Below are positions 1-8,270 of a DNA stretch of 64,000 nucleotides, piece by piece. Numbering within the stretch: position 1 is the first letter of the stretch; the number at the start of each line of letters is the position of its first letter. The stretch spans positions 96,001-160,000 of the forward strand of contig CBDBHR010000029.1 in the NCBI GenBank assembly GCA_965205865.1. Reading direction: 5' to 3'. The stretch is from a bacterium (GTDB lineage Bacteria; SAR324; NAC60-12). Both the position numbers and the translations under genes were made by a program. The notes beneath the pieces were generated by a model, which worked only from the letters and a program-made list of their open reading frames with translations, was not told where the DNA came from and searched no databases.

Positions 1-181
1 GCAAATGCTCTCAATCGAGATGATTCTACTATCAGTCGTGGAGTGCATAAGTTGAGAGAAAGATTGAAGGAATCCACAAATCTCCAAGAGCGGTTAAAAG
101 AATTCAACCTAAGTCTTCGAAATGTTTTCTTAAATTCGCAAACTTGCAAGCCTGACCCTCTCACAGGAAGCATTTGAGGAT

Positions 182-406
182 TTGCAACAATTTGGTTTTC
201 AACAGGAGCAAGCAAAGGTCATTGTCAAATTATTGCGGAACACGGAAGCCAGGGGGATTACGCAAAGCGATCTCGAGACACTAGGAACCAAAATTGATGC
301 AAAAATTAACGTGCTCAATTCTCGCATGACAGTATTACAGTGGGTTGTGGAATTGCACTTCACATTCACAGTAGCCATCCTGGTCAAGCTGTTTGAAATG
401 ATCTGA
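182..406 (+). CDS. Small coiled-coil protein with C-terminal TM helix (DUF1640/CCDC90-like)
   Basis: ORF 'QQFGFQQEQAKVIV...ITQSDLETL...LQWVV...VAILVKLF' follows the GF..EQA / TKxDL / hydrophobic-tail pattern of this family. The start is uncertain because the frame is open back to about 134. Confidence 0.5.
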   Translation: MQQFGFQQEQAKVIVKLLRNTEARGITQSDLETLGTKIDAKINVLNSRMTVLQWVVELHFTFTVAILVKLFEMI

Positions 407-1182
407 AAGTGCCAGGCACGAATTCTCTCCACTACCGCCTGCCGACCGGACTTCATGATCCGGAGTATGAATTTGCGCAAATGCCTTTGTTTTCCCATTG
501 ATCTGCTCCAGCTGTCGACAGACTGAAGCAGTGACCCGAGTTGGCGTATTCCTCCAACCCCTTCTGCCTATTGACCTACCTGAAAACGTGGCACCACGGT
601 TGATTTGAGAGTCTGGAAATATTCCGGATTCGCATCCAAAGGCCCTTTTTGAGTCAAAACAGGCAAACCTCCGTCAATTGTATCCTCTTGCCACCACTCA
701 GCACTTTTCACACCAGACAGAGACGGAGGCTTTCATTTCCAATTCCAGCGCTTCAGAAAATATCGCCCTGGCTTTCACTCTCAAGAGTTCATTCCAGTTG
801 CAGGAATTTCAGGATCGGTAAGTTCAGACTGTTCAATCAGTCCCTTGTTCCTTTTGCATTTCATTCAGATTTTATCAAGATTGCCTTTTTGCAAACAGTA
901 CTTGGACATTTGTCGGGTTATCCCATGAATACAAGAATCCAAATTCCAACTTGCGGGGTAGCTCCCTTCAAGTGGATAAATAATCGGGACATACCCCTCA
1001 GTCCGGGTACTGTTTGCAATAGCCCGGCGCTCTTTTTTCCGGGGGCGTCGCTATTGAGTACCTGAGAAAAAAGACGGATTTTACGATTCCGGATCTTAAG
1101 CACTTGATATGTGGCTGTAGTGAACGGTTTTTTTGTGTTGCAATAATTCATAGTAGTACGCTTCAGACTTCCCTTGGGTTTG

Positions 1183-1755
1183 TTAGAGCCAATCTGCTAA
1201 AGAATCCAACTCACTTTGCTTTAATTGCCGTGTATTCCAGCATTGCGGGAATGTCGAACATCCCCAAAAATATGTGTCTTCTCCTTTGCGTAAAACCATT
1301 CGATTACCACACTTTCTACACAATGGCGCGTTTCGTTTAAGCTGGTTGATTGCGATAGAGAGTTCAAGCGACTTCTTCCGTTCAGACTCCGAGGGCATAG
1401 TTACCTTACGTTCATTCAATTCTCTTATTTCTTTCCGCACCCGACCTGCTACAGCCAGCCCATCAAGATATTTTAAAATGGAATCAAGCCGGGTGATTAC
1501 CTCTTCCGCATCCTCCACAGTATCAATACCGGAAAACTCTTCTTGCTCCTGCAGAAACTTTTTTAATGCGCAGAGCTGATACCGGATTTTTTTCAAAGTT
1601 CTGACATCGTCTTCCGTAAACTGCTTTCTTTCAGTCTGCCAAGCCTGTCGAAGTGACTCGAGAATCGTCTCGCTATAAGAGACAAGCGACTTCTCATCTA
1701 TACGATTTGTGACCACATCAACCAGCTCTTCTATGCGCTTTCGTATTGAGATCAT
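1183..1755 (-). CDS. Protein with C-terminal topoisomerase-type C4 zinc ribbon
   Basis: C-terminal 'PLCRKCGNRMVLRKG...FWGCSTFPQC' motif. An IS630 end lies immediately upstream, so the 5' end may be truncated. Confidence 0.7.
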   Translation of the reverse strand: MISIRKRIEELVDVVTNRIDEKSLVSYSETILESLRQAWQTERKQFTEDDVRTLKKIRYQLCALKKFLQEQEEFSGIDTVEDAEEVITRLDSILKYLDGLAVAGRVRKEIRELNERKVTMPSESERKKSLELSIAINQLKRNAPLCRKCGNRMVLRKGEDTYFWGCSTFPQCWNTRQLKQSELDSLADWL

Positions 1756-1761
1756 AGCATG

Positions 1762-2330
1762 CTAGCGTATTGCTCAGTTAATACATTGTATTATTGGTCA
1801 TTTAATAGACCGTTTTGAGTTTGTTGATAATTTCCTCGCCAGTTTTAGACCGGACATGGGGTTTTGGTTGCAATTGTGTGACTCGATGTAACTATGGATC
1901 GCTTCGGTCAACTCGAGCACGCTTTTGAAGGCGCCTCGTCGAATCCGTTCTGCAGTTATCTTGCCAAAAAAGCGTTCCACCCTGTTCAGCGATCGCGTGC
2001 TCCAATGGGTACGGTCCTCAGGCTTCTCTTCAATGGTTTTCTTCACAATCTCCTCGATTTGAGCCGCTCCATAAATGCGAGTCCTGCCGGGCCGCGGATC
2101 ATCATTGAGACCTGTTATTCCTTTTTCAACAAATCTCCGTCGCCACTTTCCGACGGCATTGCCACTGGTTCCAAGCGTTTTGGCAATCTCTTGATTCTTA
2201 AGGCCATCAGCAGCCAAGAGGATGATGCGCGCACGAAGAGTGTCTCGCATCGCTCCGGTCTGACGGCGTGCGGTTTTGCTCGATCCATCCCGTTCTTCAC
2301 GGGTCAGTTTTATACGAGGTGGAATTCCGA
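1762..2330 (-). pseudogene. IS630-family transposase remnant with internal in-frame deletion
   Basis: HTH part 'RARIILLAADG...KWRRRFVEKGITGLNDDPRPGR...THWSTRS' is joined directly to the C-terminal 'LNRVERFFGKITAERIRRGAFKSV', so the DDE core is missing. A CTAG-type end is present at 1762-1765. Confidence 0.8.
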
Positions 2331-2702
2331 ACGAATGTGAGAAATCCTGAATATCTCTCCCTGCGGTCAGGGTAACACATGGGGCTACAAGCCATCGGAG
2401 CATTACAATCAACCTCTGAGTATCAATGGGGGGACAAACCAAATGAACAGGACAAGGAAAAGGTAGTATGAATAAATTGAAAAAGACAGAAGGCTTGAGC
2501 AGAAGTGACGATATTTTGAACCGGTTGGCACGATAATGTAAAGATCAGATGGTTCCAACTCTCCCTTGCGCAGTTTTTTTGTAAAGCCGTTGTAAGAACA
2601 GCGAAATCTTCCTTCCAAAGCAAGGTAGTAAGTGTCAGGAATAAGAAAAATTATTGTCGGAATTACAGCCAACCGAACGAGGTCCGGAGGTTCGTTCGTA
2701 GC

Positions 2703-4539
2703 TTGATCCTAGCCGAAAAGGTATTTTTTAGAATTATATCTTTAAACTTGAGGTTAAAAAGTGCCATAATTCATTGAAATCACTGTGAATAACTTCAATA
2801 TTAAGAATTATGGCACCCAAAATGAAACCATTCATTCGAGCAGAAAAACATCTTTTTTTAACCGCTCCTGATACAGAATTTGAAAATTTCTTATCAGAAC
2901 TTGATCAATTGTCTGAGCGAGAGCCGGAGATATTGGACAAAATTGAACAGGATTTGGAGAAATACGCAAGAAATAAAAAGAAAGAGCGTTTAGAGGATAA
3001 ACGATGGCAGGAAGCCCGGAATCCATGGCTTCCTCATCTTCCCGTGGAAGATGAGGAATTGAAGCCGGAAGAACTGAGGCTGGAAATAGGGTGTCCTCGG
3101 ATGTCGGCTTTTTTAGTCTACCTTTTTATGATGATTCGGGGATATTTAGGAAGTATCAAATCCCAAACGGCCCAAATATTTCTTTCAGAGTCAATCACAC
3201 TGCATCTGCTTCTGCTCAACCGTGGATTGAAAATGCCGGGAGCGAGTACAATCCTTGATAATGTCAATGCTGTCAGCAACGAGAGCAGACAGTTTATTTT
3301 CGATGCTCAAATTCGAATGGTTCTCAATGAAGAGTTGGACGATTTTGATATTTTAAAACTGGATAGCACCTCTGTAAAAGGAAATACAGCTTGGCCTACT
3401 GATTCGTCGATATTGACTCGTCTCGTGGAGCGAAGCTACCATCGAGGGCGTTCCCTTGATACATTTGGAATCGCTGAGATCAGTGAAAGAAATTTTGATT
3501 TCCTCATCAAGGAGATGAATAAGCTCTCTAAGATGATTGCTTTTGAGACAGGTAAAAAGGACAGTAAAACGAAGCGAAAAAAACATTACAAAACCCTATT
3601 GAAGAAAGCTCAAAGCGCTCATGGGAAATTTTTAAAAGAAATGGCAAAGGTGGATATCCGTGCCCAAAAAGCTCTTCTCCCCCCTTCTCGGAAAACGCGT
3701 TTGATTCGCCTCATTGAAATGATGAATGAAGATATTTCTAATTTGCAACGGGTAATCATCTACTGTCATCAAAGAGTTTTTGAAGAAAAGAAGGTTCCTT
3801 CTACTGAGAAAGTATTGAGTCTTTCCGATCAGAGCTCGGCTTATATTCAAAAGGGAGATCGAGAAGCGCTTATCGGATATAAGCCTCAATTAGGAAGGAG
3901 CGGAAATGGTTTTATTTCCGTGTTAATTACTCCGGAGGGCAATGCTGCTGATTCAGGGCAACTCGACCCTGCCCTTGTTGAACATTTGCGATGCACCATC
4001 ACCATTCCCTCTGAAGTGAGCCTTGATGATGGATATGCCAATCAGGCGATCAGAGAAAAGTGGATGGGCAAAGGCGTTAAGGTTTTTAGTATTAGTGGGG
4101 CAAAGGGAAAAAAGATGACCCCGATTGAAGAATGGGAAAGTGAAATCTATTTGGAATCACGAAATGGAAGATCTGCTGCAGAGTCGTTGATGTTTCATCT
4201 TAAGCATCGTTTCCATTTCGGACAAGTTATGCGCAGAGGGATTGAAAACGTTCGGGCAGAGTTGCTGGAAAAAGCATTAACCTATAATTTTTGCAAAATG
4301 ATTGAGTTGAAAAAAAGACAACTCAAACAAGCGGCCTGAATATTCAATGGGGGAGTGTGAAATATGAGCAGGGGCGAGGAAAGTATGTCCAAAAAAGATT
4401 TTTTCCCTATAAAAACTGTGCTGTGGGCGAATAAAAAACAAAAAAATCGTTTTCTCGTCATATTGAATCAAATAGAGAATCAAATAGAATCAAATTGGTT
4501 ACATTTACTATTTTCGAAACCCTTTTCGGCTAGGGTCTA
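2703..4539 (+). mobile_element. Insertion sequence (IS5/ISNCY-like DDE) with terminal inverted repeats
   Basis: Left end TTGATCCTAGCCGAAAAGG versus right end reverse complement TAGACCCTAGCCGAAAAGG. TAGC is directly repeated at 2699-2702 and 4538-4541. Confidence 0.85.
2810..4339 (+). CDS. DDE transposase (IS5/ISNCY-like), 509 aa
   Basis: Motifs 'LKLDSTSVKGNTAWPTDS', 'KVLSLSD...YIQKG', 'VSLDDGY' and 'RSAAESLMFHLK...RRG'. Enclosed by the TIRs. Confidence 0.85.
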   Translation: MAPKMKPFIRAEKHLFLTAPDTEFENFLSELDQLSEREPEILDKIEQDLEKYARNKKKERLEDKRWQEARNPWLPHLPVEDEELKPEELRLEIGCPRMSAFLVYLFMMIRGYLGSIKSQTAQIFLSESITLHLLLLNRGLKMPGASTILDNVNAVSNESRQFIFDAQIRMVLNEELDDFDILKLDSTSVKGNTAWPTDSSILTRLVERSYHRGRSLDTFGIAEISERNFDFLIKEMNKLSKMIAFETGKKDSKTKRKKHYKTLLKKAQSAHGKFLKEMAKVDIRAQKALLPPSRKTRLIRLIEMMNEDISNLQRVIIYCHQRVFEEKKVPSTEKVLSLSDQSSAYIQKGDREALIGYKPQLGRSGNGFISVLITPEGNAADSGQLDPALVEHLRCTITIPSEVSLDDGYANQAIREKWMGKGVKVFSISGAKGKKMTPIEEWESEIYLESRNGRSAAESLMFHLKHRFHFGQVMRRGIENVRAELLEKALTYNFCKMIELKKRQLKQAA

Positions 4540-4981
4540 GCTAACAAGACTAAAGTAGCGGAGACAATCGTAATACACCACAGCTTACAAGAACGACTGT
4601 TGTCCGCCATTCTTTGTACGACTCCTTGTAATATGGAAAGGTGGCATTGGACAGCAGAGCTTTCCTCATTGAGAATGGACTTGTCACTCATGTGATCCTC
4701 GCCTGATAAATCCGTCAAACCACGATTGCCGACCCAATGGACTTTTGACCTTTTGTATGAATCTTTGGCACTGGTTGTATTTTGAGAAATTAGAGGGTAT
4801 TTCAAGTATGAGAAAAAGAATTTCTAACGATTGCCTAAATGTTTATCACAAAACTCTTCTACTCGTCAAGTCTCGATTCGCTTGTATTGGCACGTTGAAC
4901 ACAGGAAAGGTAAGTGCTATATTTCATTGCGTCATTTTCAACCAAACGGGGGATTATTTAAATTTATCTCTTAAAGTTAAA

Positions 4982-5179
4982 TAACCTGAGTTCGAGATAA
5001 GAATTTAATAAATTCAATATGTTATGGAATCTTCATATCTTAGAGAAACCTTGTCATTCCTGCGAAAGCAGGAATCCAGAGATATGCAACCAGACTGAAA
5101 TCTGGATCCCCGCTTTCGCGAGGATGACATATACACTAGGATACTCATATTATTGAATATTTATGTCGAACTCAGGTTA
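4982..5179. mobile_element. MITE copy 1 with nested REP/RPE-like palindrome
   Basis: Perfect 14-bp TIR TAACCTGAGTTCGA...TCGAACTCAGGTTA. Internal GTCATTCCTGCGAAAGCAGGAATCCAG...CTGGATCCCCGCTTTCGCGAGGATGAC. Sibling copies at 23720 and 51107. Confidence 0.85.
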
Positions 5180-5226
5180 AATAGTGAATTGAATTATTAA
5201 GAAAAATTCAATAAGAACAATCCTTC

Positions 5227-6390
5227 ATGCAACGAAGAAAAATTGGTAGATACAAGATGACCAGAATCGCCGGTGAGCGAGTTCGCGCCTTTGTACCAGC
5301 ACTGCTGCCGCCAAAACCCGCCTTGGTTCTGAACGGTTCACTGCAACAGGCGTTGGAATCGGCTGTGCTTGCCCTGGGTCACCTCGACAGCGTCTCAACG
5401 TTCTTGCCAGACCCGGCGCTTTTTCTCTACGCCTACGTGCGTAAGGAAGCGGTGCTCTCTTCCCAGATCGAGGGGATGCAGTCATCGCTGCTGGACCTCC
5501 TGCTCTTCGAATTGCAGGAGGCGCCCGGGATTCCGCTCGATGACGTGGTCGAAGTCTCGAATTACATGGCTGCGCTCGAGCATGGCCTGCACCGTCTGGA
5601 GGAAGGCTTCCCTCTGTCCAATCGATTGCTCCGCGAGATTCACGGCGTACTGCTGTCTAGCAGGCGGGGCAGCATCAAATCTCCCGGAGAGTTCCGCCGC
5701 TCCCAGAACTGGATTGGCGGTTCCCGGCCTGGAAACGCAGTCTTCGTGCCGCCGCCGCATACTGCCGTGCCCGACTGCATGGCGGCGTTGGAACGTTTCC
5801 TTCACGCCGGTGAGAATGGACTGTCCATGCTACTGCGGGTGGGCCTCGCCCACGTGCAGTTCGAAACGATTCACCCCTTCCTCGACGGCAACGGGCGAGT
5901 GGGACGGTTGCTCATCACGCTGTTGCTATGTCATGCCGGCATGCTGCGCGAGCCACTCTTGTACTTGAGTCTTTACTTCAAACAACGCCGGGCTACCTAC
6001 TATGACCTGCTGAATCGGGTCCACCGTTCCGGTGATTGGGAGACGTGGCTCACCTTTTTTCTTGATGGCATACGTCTGACTGCTACAGATGCGGTTTCGA
6101 CTGCCCAACGTATTACCCGAATATTCCAGGAGGACCACGATCATATCGTAAAGGCCAGGCGTCTCGCCAAGTCGGCCTTGCGTGTACATGACGCGCTGAA
6201 GGCAAGGCCGGTTCTGTCTCTTTCCGCTGTCTGCAATCACACGAAGCTCTCCTTCCCCACCGTGACCTCGGCCATGGATCTACTCGTCCAACAGGGGATT
6301 GCGCGCGAAATCACGGGAAAATCCCGTAACCGATTGTTTATCTACGACCAGTATCTTGCCATCCTCAACGAAGGAACCGAGATGCCGTGA
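5227..6390 (+). CDS. Fic family protein (N-terminal DUF4172-like region, Fic core, C-terminal HTH)
   Basis: Canonical Fic motif HPFLDGNGRVGR and inhibitory-helix motif SSQIEG. Visibly more GC-rich than its flanks. Confidence 0.92.
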   Translation: MQRRKIGRYKMTRIAGERVRAFVPALLPPKPALVLNGSLQQALESAVLALGHLDSVSTFLPDPALFLYAYVRKEAVLSSQIEGMQSSLLDLLLFELQEAPGIPLDDVVEVSNYMAALEHGLHRLEEGFPLSNRLLREIHGVLLSSRRGSIKSPGEFRRSQNWIGGSRPGNAVFVPPPHTAVPDCMAALERFLHAGENGLSMLLRVGLAHVQFETIHPFLDGNGRVGRLLITLLLCHAGMLREPLLYLSLYFKQRRATYYDLLNRVHRSGDWETWLTFFLDGIRLTATDAVSTAQRITRIFQEDHDHIVKARRLAKSALRVHDALKARPVLSLSAVCNHTKLSFPTVTSAMDLLVQQGIAREITGKSRNRLFIYDQYLAILNEGTEMP

Positions 6391-6398
6391 CGTTTAGC

Positions 6399-6595
6399 AT
6401 AGCTCAACTCAAATCCTACCCCCAATACAAGCCACCGGCATCGAGTGGCTGGGCGACGTGCCGGCCCATCGGGAGGCGCTCCAAGTTCGAACCATAGCTC
6501 AGACAATCAGCGGAGCAACGTCTGTGGGCAACAATCCGGAATATTGAGTGGGTTCCATCGATTGGATTACACTGGAGGATTCAGGCAGCTAACAA
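6399..6595 (+). pseudogene. hsdS: Type I restriction-modification specificity subunit 5' remnant
   Basis: Reads IAQLKSYPQYKP/(frameshift)TGIEWLGDVPAHRE, then ...ISGATSVGNNPEY*VGSIDWITLED. These are the typical HsdS N-terminal and TRD motifs. Confidence 0.7.
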
Positions 6596-6779
6596 AGCGA
6601 TTCAACTTCAGCTTGCAAATGTGACTAAATCCATATTCTATAGCATTGACCCTTGGGTCCCGTTGCATATTGATCACGTACTGGCCTCAAATGGACCAAC
6701 TAATGTGAAACAGGGTAACAATTTGTGGAAAACAACACGGAGATGTCCCGACTCTTTGGAAGCTCGGGTAAGCGCAGGT

Positions 6780-7646
6780 ATGATGGATAAACGTTTTCAC
6801 ATGATTGTGATCCTGATAACTATTTGCTGTTATCATGGTGGTGGTTGTTCTCGCATTCCTTCCCTGCAGGAGAAGACTGAGATCGACGTCGTGACCATGA
6901 AGGAAAAGGATGGGGTCCAAGTACAAAATACGGAGCAATCCTCGCCGACCCCGAACGTCCCGTCTGAAGACGCTGACGACGCATGGGAGGATGCATTTGA
7001 AGACGAACTGGAAGATGAATTCGCAAAGGAGGACGAGATCGAAGTTTTTGATCCACTCAGTGGCTACAATGAAATGATGACGGTAGTAAACGACCGGATT
7101 TATTTCTGGATACTCCAGCCTGTTGCCACTGGTTATCGAGCGGTGCTGCCTCAGTTTATACGCAAAAGCATCGCCCGGGCATTCACCAATCTCCAGTTTC
7201 CTCTGCGTTTCGTCAATAACGTGTTGCAACTCAAATTCGAGCAGGCTGCCGGTGAAACCGGGCGCTTTGTATTGAACACGACGGTGGGAATCCTGGGTTT
7301 CATGGATCCTGCAAAAGATATTTTCAAGCTGGCACCCCAGCCTGAAGATTTTGGCCAGACCTTGGGGCATTATGGGATGGGTGGTGGATTCCACATCGTT
7401 CTGCCGCTACTGGGGCCTTCCAATCTTCGTGATACCTTAGGTAAGATTCCGCATCTGTATCTGCTTGATCCCAAAGTCCTCATTGAAGATGCCAACACGG
7501 AAACACAAGTCCGCGTGATTGAGATTGTCAACCAGACCTCATTGGAACTGGGACAGTATGAAAGCCTGCGTAAAGATGCCGTTGATTTGTATCCTTTTTT
7601 GAGGGACATCTATGAGCAAAATCGAAATAAACTAATTGAGGAGTGA
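6780..7646 (+). CDS. mlaA: VacJ/MlaA family lipoprotein
   Basis: Motifs 'FDPLSGYNEMM', 'RFVLNTTVGILGFMD', 'EDFGQTLGHYG' and 'LPLLGPSNLRD'. Lipobox-like GGGC. Start chosen at the ATG at 6780. Confidence 0.9.
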   Translation: MMDKRFHMIVILITICCYHGGGCSRIPSLQEKTEIDVVTMKEKDGVQVQNTEQSSPTPNVPSEDADDAWEDAFEDELEDEFAKEDEIEVFDPLSGYNEMMTVVNDRIYFWILQPVATGYRAVLPQFIRKSIARAFTNLQFPLRFVNNVLQLKFEQAAGETGRFVLNTTVGILGFMDPAKDIFKLAPQPEDFGQTLGHYGMGGGFHIVLPLLGPSNLRDTLGKIPHLYLLDPKVLIEDANTETQVRVIEIVNQTSLELGQYESLRKDAVDLYPFLRDIYEQNRNKLIEE

Positions 7647-8248
7647 TCATGAAATTCCTAATCTCTGCCGTCCTTTTTGTCCTGCTGTTTTCCCCACCCG
7701 GATTGTCAAATGAATTGGAAGAAGTCGATCTGCTGACCAAAGAAAAAATTGGAGCCATGATTGAGATTCTACAAGACGAATACCTGGATAAAGCAGCACG
7801 CAATGCCCGGGTGATTGCCTTGCTGACCCCTATCTTCGATTTTCCCAGAATGGCCCAGTTGAGCCTGGGACAAAAACATTGGAAACAACTCAGCCCGGAA
7901 AAGCGACAGGAATTTTCCGATCTTTTTGTCAGACGGATTCAAAATTCCTATTTGGAGAAGTTGGAGCTATATACTGATGAGGAAGTCCTCTTCAAGGGAA
8001 TCAAACAGGTTAAAAATAGAATCCACGTCCTCACCCAGCTGGTTTCCGATGACGCGACGATCGAGGTGCTCTACAAGCTCTACGAATCGAAAGATGGATG
8101 GAAAATCTATGACGTCGAAATATTCGGAGTGAGCATCATCCAAACCTACCGTTCGCAGCTGCAAACTGCTCTCAAGAAGGGCAGTATCGATGATCTGCTG
8201 GCAACGTTCCGCAGCGACGAGTCGAAGTTCTCCGGAGAAGAGCAATAA
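7643..8248 (+). CDS. mlaC: MlaC/Ttg2D periplasmic lipid-binding protein
   Basis: Signal peptide, 'FDFPRMAQLSLGQKHW' and 'WKIYDVEIFGVSIIQTYRSQ'. Overlaps the mlaA stop codon. Confidence 0.88.
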   Translation: MIMKFLISAVLFVLLFSPPGLSNELEEVDLLTKEKIGAMIEILQDEYLDKAARNARVIALLTPIFDFPRMAQLSLGQKHWKQLSPEKRQEFSDLFVRRIQNSYLEKLELYTDEEVLFKGIKQVKNRIHVLTQLVSDDATIEVLYKLYESKDGWKIYDVEIFGVSIIQTYRSQLQTALKKGSIDDLLATFRSDESKFSGEEQ

Positions 8249-8270
8249 TACCTTCCAAACAACGATCGTC

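Larger units (their letters stand above)
2409..4691 (-). pseudogene. About 147-aa multi-TM membrane protein interrupted by an IS (pieces 4691-4542 and 2702-2409)
   Basis: Removing 2703-4541 (1839 bp) restores one frame: MSDK...HLSILQGVVQRMADNSRSCKLWCITIVSATLVLLA-TNEPPDLVRLAVIPTIIFLIPDTYYLALEGRFR. SD-like GAGG precedes the ATG at 4691. Confidence 0.8.

Noticed and set aside
403-1151. Possible decayed gene on the minus strand (a YVPIIYPLEG stretch reminiscent of CHASE sensors)
   Set aside because: Too short and broken by stops to assign without a search.
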